From Nymphaea colorata (lineage: Eukaryota): a stretch of 64,000 bases of DNA. Location: NCBI RefSeq assembly GCF_008831285.2, contig NC_045138.2:28334001-28398000 (forward strand), given 5' to 3'. Of this stretch, positions 1 through 12,700 are shown one piece after another. Below the pieces are notes generated by a model, which worked only from the letters and a program-made list of their open reading frames with translations, ran no database searches and was not told where the DNA came from. Both the position numbers and the translations under genes were made by a program. Each line of letters opens with the position of its first letter. The first letter of the stretch is position 1.

Positions 1-33
1 GCCACGTCAACTATATTCAACGTAACCACGTCA
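1..33 (+). promoter_or_regulatory. Paired CCACGTCA (G/C-box hybrid, bZIP-type) motifs upstream of the DUF1005 gene
   Basis: gccacgtca at 1-9 and accacgtca at 25-33, ~270-300 bp upstream of the ATG. Confidence 0.35.
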
Positions 34-297
34 GACGGAGACAGTCGAGAGAGATGGTTGCAGCCTGGCTGCCGGAACAGGTCACCGGCGGGGCCCACGG
101 GAAAATGGTAGACGGGTCAGGGACCCCACAAGGCGGGTGTCAGGGCTTCTCTTCCCCCGGTCTCCTTCTATACAAGAAGCGCTTCGGAGGACCGGAACTC
201 GATCGGGAGGTGGGAAGGAGTAGGACCCTGATCGGACGAATTAATCCGGCGCCGGAATAGGTAGCAGGAAGGAGGAGGAGAATTCGCCACAAGAGCC

Positions 298-3186
298 ATG
301 GACCCGTGCAGGTTTGTGCGCATCACCGTATCTGGCCTCGCCCTTAAAATGCCGGCCACCCTGAGGCCGTCGCGCTCCGGAATCCATCCGTCGGCCACGC
401 CGCCGTGCTACTGCGAGATCCGTCTTCGTGGTCTCCCAACGCAGATGGCGACGGTCCCGCTCGTCTCTCCGGACACTCCCCCGCCGGACCCGGGGGCGTT
501 GGCCGCCGGCTTCCACTTCGAAGAGGCCGACCTCCGGCGACTCGCCAGCCGGGGGTGGCTGCGATCATCGGGATCCGCCTGGCTCCGCATCTCCGTCTTC
601 ACCGGCAGGAGAAGCGGCACGTGCGGAGGGCCGGGGACGGGGAAGTTGGTGGGACACACGTGGGTGGAAATGGAGCTGGAGGGAGTGGGGGAGCGGCCTC
701 GCGTGTTCAAGAGCGGTTGGGTGAAGATCGGAAAAGGCGGGAAGGCGGCGGCGGAGGGAAAGGAGGAGCAGGAGGAGGAGGAGGAGTTATCTCAACTGCA
801 CCTGGTGGTCCGAGCCGAACCGGACCCCCAGTTCGTCTTTCAGTTCGGCGGCGAACCGGAATGCAGCCCCGTCGTGTTCCAAATCCAGGGCAACATCCGG
901 CAGCCGGTCTTCAGCTGCAAGTTCAGCGCCGACAGGAATTCGAGATCTCGGTGAGCTTCTCTTCCTGTTCTTGCTTCATATTATTTTCCCTGATATTTCG
1001 GGTCCTTTCTGGACGGCCTTCGCTTTTCCGCCAGCCGCTGGGGCAAGGGTACTTTTGTCAATTCTTTAGACCGCCGGCTTGACGGTGATGTTTTCATGCT
1101 GCGTTAGATTCGCAGCAGCGCTTTTCAAATCTCAGCATCGTGATCTTCTTGCTAAGCAAAAGTCCGGCAATTTGGCATAACTTGATCTTGAAACATTCTG
1201 TTTGGAAGCTAGGAACAGTTTTAGATGATCTCACGTTCCGAAATTATTGCCATAAGCCATGATGAATACCGCGATATTCGTGGTGTGACGTGCGTTTGGC
1301 TTGTAGACCATTAATAGTTTTGCTTGGAAAACGCTGACAAAGTTCATGAACATGGTCCCGTTTCGCGGATGCCTGGCCATACAACGGAGTTTTGCAAATT
1401 TATGAACTTGGTCATGCCTTGGTCTCGTCCATCGTGATTGCAGTTCCTGTTTGGAATTTGAGGCCTTATCACGCCGGATCGTGTAAAGAAGCAGGTCACT
1501 CAAGCAGCATAATCGTATGAGAAGAAAACGAGCCCCTCGTTTGATGAAAAAATATTAGAGCTTTTTTTCAATATATATATATATATATATAATATAATAT
1601 AACTAAATAAAATTGCCAGCCCGTCAGCACCAATTGGTCGCGACATTGGGCAGGGGACCATCCGTAATGGCATTTTCATGGCAGTACCTAAATAATTTTT
1701 CAATCCGCACAGGCGCCCCCATGCATGTTATCGACATCGTGCGTATCGGTGAATATATATGACAGTTTGAATGGTGGCATTTTCAAACCACCTAGCCATT
1801 TCAGAACGAAAATTGACAGTTAAGGGAAAACAATATAAAAAATAATAATAGGCATTTATGTCATGTCATGTAGTATTAGTTCACCTCTTTTTTCCTTTGT
1901 TTTATATGTACTGATTCAAATCGATGGCCATGAGTGATTCTGGATATCACCATAGTCGCCTAAGAATTTTGCATGTTTAAGGTATATGTGAGCGATGAAA
2001 AACCCAAATTCTACCCAACGATATTTTCAAATAAATGCAGAAAACATAATTTTTGCCTTGCCGTCCAAACACAAAAAACAGGTTCTAGAAACTGTTAAGA
2101 AGACGGGTTATCCCAGTTCATATTAAATTTGGGGCTTCAAGGCTTATCTAACTGGGACACATGAAACGAGTTCGCATGTTCATTGGCATGACCTGCGCTA
2201 GAGATTCCGTTCTGGCGTATTATTTGACTCCAGGCTTTTAAAAACATGAATTTAGGCAATAAAATTATACATTAGGCATGGTTTGAAGCATGCCTGAAAA
2301 GAGTTTGTCAATGGTATGGAATGTTAGTGGGTGATCGTGTAAATGAAATGCATTGTCTGATTCAGGAAACAGAAAAGCTTTCTTGCCCTCGGCCAAATTC
2401 CAAAGATTTCTTTAAACAAGTTTTTTCCATCGATCACATTTTTTACAAAGAGCTTGTATGTCTCTGATGAACCTCTGTTTCTTGCTCGTGTCTCTACATC
2501 GGAATAGCTCTCTGCGGTCAGATCCGGGAGGCAGCAGAATTTGGTCTATCAGATCATTCGGAAGTGAAAGGGAAAGGCCTGGCAAAGAAAGAAAAGGTTG
2601 GATGATTGTCATACATGACCTCTCTGGTTCACCTGTAGCAGCTGCCTCCATGGTCACACCTTTTGTTGCATCTCCTGGTTCAGACCGGGTTAGCCGGCTC
2701 AACCCAGGGGCATGGCTAATCCTTAGGCCCAATGGGTATGCAGGGGAAGGTTGGAAACCATGGGGCCGGCTCGAAGCTTGGCGGGAGAGAGGGAGCAGTG
2801 AGGCACTTGGTTATAGGTTTGAGCTCAACAGTGGCACAGTAGTTGCAGAGTCCAGCATTAGCACCAAGAAGGGTGGCAGGTTTCTGATTGATACTACCAC
2901 AGGTAGAGGCGACCGGTCCGTGCATTCACCAGTTTCGAGTCCAAGATACAATGGCGAGACTGCTTCCAGTTACAAAGGCTTCGTTATGGTTTCAACCGTA
3001 GAAGGGGAAGGCAAATGCAGCAAGCCTCATGTACAGATTGGATTAAAGCATGTGAAATGCATTGCTGATGCAGCCGTGTTTGTTGCTTTATCTGCTGCTG
3101 TCGACCTGAGCATGGATGCCTGCCGACTGTTCTCACACAAGTTGAGGAAGGAGCTTCGAATTGGGCAGCATGAGAGCAGTTTTTAG
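298..3186 (+). CDS. DUF1005 family protein, 2 exons (298-950, 2508-3186), 443 aa
   Basis: Begins MDPCRFVRITVSGLALKMP. Motifs HPSATPPCYCEIRLRG, EPDPQFVFQFGGEPECSPVVFQIQGNIRQPVFSCKFS, ERKGWMIVIHDLSGSPVAAASMVTPFVASPGSDRVSRLNPGAWLILRP and DAAVFVALSAAVDLSMDACRLFS are typical of plant DUF1005. Donor cg|gtgag (950/951) and acceptor atag|c (2507/2508) join in frame (phase 2). Confidence 0.93.
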
Positions 3187-3772
3187 GCCACACGTCATTG
3201 AGGACAGAGCTCTCTTCTGGATACAAATCTCAACTCGAGATTTGGTCAGCTGCTATGTCTGTACAATCAGGGAAAGCAGTTTAATTTTCTTTCACAATTG
3301 GATCAAATTTTCTGGTTTTGGTTTTGTTTCATTGATTTCAATATCTCCTCTCAAAGGCGGAAGCGTGCTTGAGGTATCGATGTAACGAAATGTTGAAACG
3401 TCTGTAGAAATGTAAATTCACTTTGTACTTCTTTGCAAACTCATTGCAATGAACAGCAATGGAGGAAGAACGTCTAGAGAAATAATTCACAGAATTTCAA
3501 GAAAATAACGCTCTTGATTACAAGTTCTCCATCTCCGATCCCGAACATCATTTCCCAAAGCCAATACATGCGAAAGTGGGAGTTGAATTGTCGAAAGCAT
3601 TCTTTGCTCACTCGAGTTTGATATCATAAAATTTAGCATTTGACGTAATCCTGACTTTCAGTTCCTCTCTTCAGGAGGATGAGGTTTTCTGTTTTACATA
3701 TCTGATCTTGTTTCAAGAAGATAAATTAAAAACAATGAACAAGATTAAACATGGATTCAATAACACGTATAT

Positions 3773-6700
3773 TCATGTGAATTCACCACTCAGAACCAGT
3801 GATGCCTGCGTGATGGCTCTGGCAGCTCTCCAAATCTCATGCTGAACATGCTTCCATGGGTCAAGAGAGTTTGCATTCTTGGCCTCTTCAATGGCATCAT
3901 CTATCCCAGGAAAGGACTTGGACCCATAATCATCCTGCTTGGATGGCCCATATATCTGTACAGGTGAGGCAGATCAGCGACTGTACAACTTGGGGCTTGG
4001 TTTCAAATATAGCATCTCAAAATGATGCCGAAATGTTGAAATTTGAAAATTGAAAACAAGAATCTTGTAAATTAGGCACTAACAAAGCCTCCAACGTAAC
4101 AGCCGAAGCCAAAATGAGGGAACCTACCAGATGCTTGTACCAAGGTCCTTTGAAGAGCCCGTCTGCATCTGTGAAAGCACGTTCAGCCATCATCATCCTG
4201 TCATTCAAGTCTCTTACCGGCAAAGTTTGCGTCTTAGTCCACTTTGAAAACCAAGCATCTCTTGCAAACTCCTACATTTTCCGTTTTGTGTCAAGCATTA
4301 AACAAATTAAGGATAGAGCTTGACATGTACCACAGTGGATTGAAGCTATGAAATTCACCTTCTGCTTGTTAATTTCGACGGCGGACTTTCTAAGCTTCTC
4401 AATGGATTCGTATAGCGGGACAAAGCTCACTGACTTGTCAATTTCCCCTGCTTCAAGTTCCTTAGCACTTGACTGTATCCACATAAGCATATTGGCAGTG
4501 TCAGTGTCGGTGACCGTATGCAGTTTCCATGCACGTGTATGCATGTGCAGCTCATACCTTATTTACTGGTTTGTGGCAACCAATTCTATCCACATAAAAT
4601 GACATTACAAATAAGATTACATGTGTTGGAACAGAGAGCCTGACTCCTGAAAGAGTATGTCTCTGTTCATTAAGAGTTCCTGTTCGGCTGTTCCCATATA
4701 TTGTTTGTTTGCTACTGTAATGTTTAAACAGGAATAAGTGATAGGCTGATAGCTATACCATTTCCTTGCCCCAGCCATCCCAAGCACCTCAGACAGATTC
4801 TTAGAAGGTTCAACTGAAGAATGATCATCCCATGTTGGGCTTCCTACAGAAACTTGGTAAACAAGTGCTACGCTCTTCATGAAAGAGGCACCTTGATAGT
4901 TCTGATGCAGATAAAATTACTTCAACGGGTGAGCAGCTTCTACCAGTCTTCAACTACACTGATAAGGGGGGTTTTGTCCGTCGTCGAATTCGCAGAAATG
5001 CATTGCAGTTTACGGTTTGTTGGCATGAAATTTACCATGCAAATCGTCAAAGGTTCTGTTATTGACTATGTGTTATTTCAGCCAAAAGGCTGTGAGGATT
5101 TGGTGAAGAAAAACAGTAAATATGCCTACCTTCTCTTTTTCTAAAGCTAAAGTCGTGTGGTAACTTATTTTTGTTGGACCCTTTAGAGTCCGTTCCTGTC
5201 TTGTTTTTCTCTTTGCACTCCCCATAATCAAATTCTTGTTTCAATTTCAGTTTCTGAAATTGCCGCCTCGACAGGTTATCAATATCTGATGTACTAAAAG
5301 TAAACAAAAGATTAAACTTTCGGATCTGTAACTGAAAATCACTAGTTTCTTTTGCCACTTAAATCGCTTTGCCAAGTTCTTTAGCTTGATTCTAATAAAA
5401 CGAAAGCAGGGTAAGTAGGGCACTTCACTCCAGACCAATCAAGCCAATGTGTTACTACTTCTTAACTTGAAAGCGTGTAAGGTGGAATCATTCAATGGAG
5501 TATATGCCATAATACTAACTATAGAAGCACGTCCACATCCATCTTATCCAACAGCACAGGACCCACCTCTTAAGACTTTTCCTCTCTAATTAGATCGATC
5601 CTCAAGAAAAGGATAACTATGGTGCTTTTTGTCAGCAATCGGGTGCTATACGTGAAACTTCCCTTTCATCATCTGCAACAAGCAATAGTGAATCATTCGA
5701 TACAAGAGTTCCTGATAGATATTTGTAGTTATAGCAGTATATCAAATATATACAAGTCTTATGTAGACGAAAAACCTAGCCTTATTCCTATATTGGGACA
5801 TCTGTTAGCTAATCTATAGCCGGCCTAACCTAAAGATAGGACAACTCTTGACTGCGATGCTGGTCCTTAGAGCATGACTTACCAATTTGTTCATTCTAAC
5901 GGCTCTAGTCGCTTCCGCGGCATAATCTCTAGCTTGAATTTGTCATATTAGAGCTTTTCTCTTTGTTCCATCATAGCCACCGACTTTAATATTATACATT
6001 TTTGCGCAATAAAATTTGGTTCCCCATGCCAAAGTAACAATTTTCTAAGAGAAGATTGTTAGATTTTTATCTCTTCAGTGTCAGGTTTTTATCTTTTCAG
6101 TTACTTTAATTTGAGTGATTACTTTGGATAGAATATCTTGGAATTATGGAAGGTGTTCCATCTTTACCGTGTTTGTGGTCCAAGTCTAGGCAACTTTATC
6201 TTTTATGAGGCTGAAGAAGTAAGAGATAAAAAAGATTGCTTAACATGCATATCCCAACATTCGTGTGCCTGGATGGCCGCATATGTGTGTGGACATATGC
6301 GTACATGCAATCACATATGATTAGTTTCTTATAACCAAAAGAGAAAAAAAAAAGGCATATTGCCCATGAAAGAGAAAATAAGCCGCAATGAAGCAAGAAA
6401 AGTTATTTCACCTGTAGTTCAGTGGCATAAGATAGATAATTGAAGGGCAATATCTTGTCATCTGCTAGCCGTAGTGCAAGTAATCCCCAAATGCTGGCAG
6501 CTTAGAAGTACAAAAAAAGAACAGATTAAAACCATACTTCAGTAGCATGGATACACGCAAGACTGTGTCAATTCAGATCTGGGTTCAAAATGGAATAAAG
6601 AGGAAAAACATGAAGGATGAAAAACTGTTCTTAGCTAAATTTAGCACGAAAACCTGTTCCATGCATGGTAGTAATGGATGCATCCTATAAACTTTTCTAT

Positions 6701-9700
6701 GCATATTTTACTTTGGCAGATAATTTATCTTTCCAACATCTTGTTCCCTTAATCTTGGGTATGTGAAGATAAAATATTAGGTCTAACAGACAAAAAATCT
6801 GGTTGATATCCATTTAAAAAGCAATAACGAAATCAATTTTACAACATTACTAATCACGTACGGCAAAGTAGGATTGTCAGCCTTTAGAAGTTAGCTGTAA
6901 AAGGGATTCTTTTTTGTGACTTTTAACACAGTATTCCATTAGAATTATGATTTTTCAAAGGTTAAGCAATTCACTCCGGAATTTCTTATTTTAAAAAAAA
7001 CTTGTGAAATGAAAAGCTTGATCTTGGAAAACTTTTTAAAATTTCAACCTGTCAAATGGAGTGCCACGACAACAAAACAATATACAAGAAAGCTGGTCAT
7101 CGCAATTTCTGCCGCTAACTTGGCTGATGTACCTGCTACATGTCTCCTGAACATTGGATCCCCAAATTTCTCCATCCACTGATAGTCATCATAAATGGAG
7201 TGATACACAGGGTATCCTAAGAAAAGGAAGAAAGAAAGAACAAGAGCAGTATATTAATTCTCTGAATGAGATATAATTTGCTAGCAATGCATCAAAGCAA
7301 TTTGAATTATAGAAACACCGAATTTGTGAACTTGGCCATTAATATTTTAACTATGTGTTTGTGAGTGCGTGAATGCATGCCTGCACACTACAAGCATGAG
7401 ACAAAGAGACAGACCTCCTCCAAAGAACATATCTACAGCTGGAACACCAACATGTTGCACAAAAGGAGCATAGTCCGAGCCACCGCCACCTAATCTCCCA
7501 ATCTGCAAGGCCACACCAGTTAGAAATGCACAAAAAAGGATCTTCTTAGACTTTGCGAGACAAATATCTGGTATCTCAGACTAATCTGAGCTATACGTAC
7601 ATACATACATAAGCACATAACTGTGTGTGTGTGTGTGTGTCAATATATATATATATATATATATATATATCCACAGACACAAGATTGGATCTAGTTGTTT
7701 ATTTCCGTAAAATTCTCTTGAAGACAGTTATAGACATGGTCCACCAAATCTTTACAAAATGGTATCTTACAAGCGGAGTGTCCCCAGAATCTATCCATGC
7801 GTCGTAAACAGTTCTTGAAGAGTTATCTGGATCTTCAACCTGCAAAATACCAAAAACAGAAACGGTCATATGACCTTTAGACCTATCACCAATCATGGTT
7901 TTGGTAGCAATATGGATTTGATCCCAGCACCAAAGCTAGTGCGAAATTCTAAAACTAGGGAATGACAGGCACGTGTTACCAGTTCCAGTCCATAAATTGG
8001 ATCTGGACTCTGACCTGGATCCACATGCATAATTTTCCTTTCCCCAGTTCAAAGAGACTAACTAGACCTTCTCTTGGTTGATGCGGGAACTGGGTCAGGT
8101 CATAATGACTCAACCAGATCTGATCCAGTGGATCTAAGAAGCTCACCTGTTGCGTGACTTGCTTGAGGATGTCATCTAGCTGGGGGGTTGCATAAGCATG
8201 GAAGCCTGGTCCGGCGACTGCAATGTCTACATTTAGATACGCAATAGCCTTTGATCTCAGTACCTCTCTGTTCTCTTCAACCCACTCTGTTGATCCGATC
8301 TGAAACAATGTCCACGATTCAGGAGTAAGATGGATAAGAATTCTCACAAGGAAAAACATCAAATTCAATTTCTGTCCTGATTTGAGATATGGCCCCATCC
8401 TTCTTTTTCTGTCCTTTTCATACTAGTTTTGAAATGATCCTGCCTTCAAAATATCATGATATTTTCATGGTATCATGACATTTGTACATCATTCTGAAAT
8501 ATTCAATCTCTCTTTGAAGACTTTTTCTTTTCAAAAATGTTGAAGACTTTTTCTTCATTGGATTTTGCTGATATAACTTGCAAGCAAACATGCCTAACAT
8601 TTCCGAAGTAGATACTTGGGGAATTTTTTTTTTTCCTTTGAGATCCTTTGCTTTTGAATTTGGAGAAATAATGCTTGAACTGTTCGCTAAACCTTAACTC
8701 AATGAAGTATCAATTACCAATCCATACTCCTCTGCGTCCCAATTACACAAGATAATGCTTCTTCTAGGCTTCCAACCTCGCTTCATCAGTTTTTCCAGCC
8801 TCCCACTAATCTGGAACGACATGCAAAATCATTACAACTTAGACTAATCAGTCAGCCAAGTCAATCTGATTGAAGTCCAAAACCAATAAAATAAAGCCTG
8901 ATTTAAAGAATTAAACAGAAAAGCACATGTTAGATGCATCTGCATCTAAAATTTCTCACAATTTTCACTTCCAAAGAAACAAATTTTGTGCAGTAAAATT
9001 GGCTTGTCTTCTGTTAATCAAGTATATGTATCTCATTTCTGAAAGAGTAGAGACAGACTGTCTTAGCCTTGCTACGCACAACACAGAAGATGATGATTCA
9101 CTTAAACCGTGTCTTTGAACAAAACACAGAAACCAAGTACCTGTATTGGTCATTTTCGTTTTCCAAAGTTTGATTGAAATCAGCAATGTCCCTTTAACTT
9201 GTACCTTTGCAGCTAGAAACCATATCCAGTAAAAAATGAAACAGCGTCAAGATTCAATGGGCTTTACCTCAAGCAAGGTAGCAGTACCACTATTGGGATC
9301 AACTGCGCCATATGTCCAAGCATCTCTATGGTTTCCCAATATAACGTACCTGTATATCAAACATGTCCAAAATTTATAAGAGGGTGTGACCTTTTCCAAG
9401 AATATGCCCAATTCCTACCAGCTATCTTCTATGTAAATGCTAACAACAGAATATGAAAATTTTCTTTTATTTCCAGATTCTTAGCTAAAATATAAATGTC
9501 TTCCCCATAGAAAAAATTTGTTTAAGATAAGGGTAATATCTAAACATAATGTAACTGGAATTCAGACACAAGGATCTGCAGGTACAGATAAAATTAGTGC
9601 TCATCCTTTCATAATGTCACTTCTATGCGTGAATGACGTGATGAAGAAGAAAACATATTTCTCTCTCATCAGGAATTTCACCACCAGTACCACAGTATGA

Positions 9701-12700
9701 TTAATCATTTGGACAATGCATTTTCCTGGTTAATACTTCCTACCGCTACTAAGGTTTCATCAGTGTAGCAGTAAGATTCAGCCTTGCTCCGGTTTATGTC
9801 ATTCATAAATCTATTTCCCTCCTGGACTTTTGTGATAATGCCAACCTTGCCGTACTTAGCCATTTGATTTCGCTACTATTTCTTTGTTTTTCCCCATTGA
9901 TAATTTGATATAAGGTCTTCTGCTTTTCTGGCATCATCATCACAATAATTAGGTTATGCTAAAAATGGCATATTTGCTCCCCAAGCCGCTAGTTGGAAAA
10001 CTAATGCAGTCCATAGGAACCAAGGGATCAAGAGTCTAGCCAAAGAATTGAAGATAAAGCTTAATGGGGTAATGGGAAAACTTTTCCTTCCAATCAAATG
10101 TTGCACTCAAATGATTTGGCCAAAACTCTTATTTAATTTTACCATTCACTATAGAACTTAAAGTGAGGATGGAAAAATCAGCAAGCATGACAAGCAATCT
10201 AATCTACCAGCTAATATGACAAGTGTGATCTAACCATTTGCAATATGATTATTGGATCTTATCATGCAATTTAATTTCCATCTAGAAAGCATCTACTCCC
10301 ACAGCCTAGCACGACGCTGATCTTGGGTTTTCTCCTTTGTCATCACCATGTGACAGGAACAACTGTCCAGCGTACAAATTCAGCATGTCTTGAAACTCAG
10401 TCAGAATTAGGTATATGCATTTCTTTTAATACTAAAAACTGACTCCACTTTATTAATTTTCTTCGGTTCATGCACATTTTGTGCACTTGCTAATACAGAA
10501 ATGTTTGAATAGCTGGATTATGCATGTCTACGTGAGGCCATGACTCAAAAGGAGGGGTCTTCCTTCTACTGTAGCTTGCGGCGAGAGGTTAAATAATTTG
10601 AACCGTCAATTCAATCTTTTGCTCTAATCCACTAATTGCTTTTATGCCTCTCTTGTCCGTGGTTAGATATGGTGATTAGGCTACCTGAATGTGACAGCCA
10701 TCAGTTCCCTTTGGCTATTGGGGAGCATAAAACTCTGCACATCTGGAAGACACTGAAGATAAAGGGGAGCATAAAACTCTGCACATCTGGAAGATACTGA
10801 AGATAAAGCTAGAAAGCAGTATCATCAGGACCATCAGATATCTATTTCCACACAAGTTCAAGATGGAGTCTTTTGTCCTTTCAGTTTGCACAAGTCAACA
10901 CAATGAAGGTATAAAAAATTGATGAGTAGCTAAGTCTATGTGTGGAGGTGCTTTTTTGCACCTTGAATAGGTTTTGCTGTCAGGAAGCGTCACTTTCCAG
11001 CTTTGCTACAGCTGTTGGATCTGAAGCGCTATTAAAACGCCAAAATAGAGTTTGAAGTCGGCCGCCCTATACCACATTACAGTACCATTGCCAAATGAAA
11101 TTTATTGTAAATCTGTCTCATATTGAGACATGGTTGTACCAAGTTTTGGCAACAAATGGAAATTGTGCTCTCAATCTTATGCAAGGCCTCTCAGAGAGCC
11201 AAAATGTTCTGCCTTTTCCTGGAATTCAACTTCATTTCTAAGATTGACAGAAGGTCATGGGGATGCTACTTTGTGCTGATACTGCTTGCAAGACTCGCAG
11301 AGGCATTAATACATACAACTTATAGTCTATGATGCTCAATCTTAAGCTTCTTGAAGTAGATAGCATGAGTAATTGGTCACTTGTAAACCACTCAGAAATA
11401 TACGGCTTTCATGAGTTCTTGTATGAATATCAAATGCAAACCACTGAGGTGTCATCTGGAGGACTCTCATTATCGTCAACGAGATGTAGTATCTATAATC
11501 ACCCGATCCCCTGGTCTAGCTGATCCAAGACAAAACCGCTCTACAGGCTAAATACCAACGGCAAGGAGAAAAGCGTTCCATAAACATATGGTGCTAATGA
11601 GCTCCCAAGTTACTATTTAATTACTTCCCTGATTGTTGTTGCATTAAGCACACGTTAAAATTCAGTTTGAACATTATTTTGTATGCACTAGGTATATATA
11701 CCTGTCCGGCTCTTCTGTCCCTCGAATCAGAGCGAAAACATTTTCGATCGTCGTGATGCTCTCTTTTGCCTGCGAAATTGCAGCAACATGAAGAGTATAA
11801 CCATTAATACAAAAGAAAACTTGCTTACAAAGAACAAATAACAAAGCGAAGCATAAATAAAATGAGTGAGAAGAAAGCGCCATGTTATACGGTGCTACTG
11901 CATTTGGCTTGCATCAGTACAGAGGAAGTGCAAAGAATCCACTAGATCAAATCTACAGAGTCGAATGATTCTAAAAAAAACAAAATTCTTCAAGAAGGTA
12001 CTTCTTGGTCTCGAAAGTGTGATCAAGTTTTTAGAAGGAACAACATGTATGCAACCTACATGAAATTTTACAGGTCCAGCCAACTAACCAAGCCTACCAG
12101 TCCAGGCCCTCTGTTATCAGCACGGATCTCGCTTGAACTTTTTTGTTTTTGATGTTCTGTGCATTTTTGTCGGCAGATCCTCAAGAATAAAGTGATACAT
12201 AAGAACTAGAATAACATAGTAACTCCAGTAAATTTCAACTTGTTATTTTCAAGATAAAACAAAAATAACCAACATATCCTTAAAAACAAGATCATCCAGT
12301 AGTAATTGCTGGTTAACGCTTGGCCTTAATAAAGCATGAGCAGGTTTGTGAAAGAGCAAAGGTGGTTCGATGAAACCTGAGCTAGCCCTATCACCACACC
12401 GCCACCGCCACCGCCACCACCACCATCAAGTTAACATCATCAATACTGCAACTTACATCGTGTCATGTCGCGTTGTCCCATCATCCTCACATGCAATCAC
12501 TGTCAACATCGCCATCCTCATCATGTCACATAATTGCTATCAGCATCATGAGGAAGCACATCATCATTCACATATACCCTTTTGCACAACGTGGCAGCAC
12601 AGCCAACATAACCATGATTCATTACCTGCGTTCCCCATCATGTGCCAACAAACAATGTCATCGTCATGCGTCATAATCAACACCATCATCATCAAATCTT

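Noticed and set aside
168..1082. Several alternative-frame and antisense ORFs over DUF1005 exon 1
   Set aside because: By-products of high GC content (few stop codons) overlapping a real exon.
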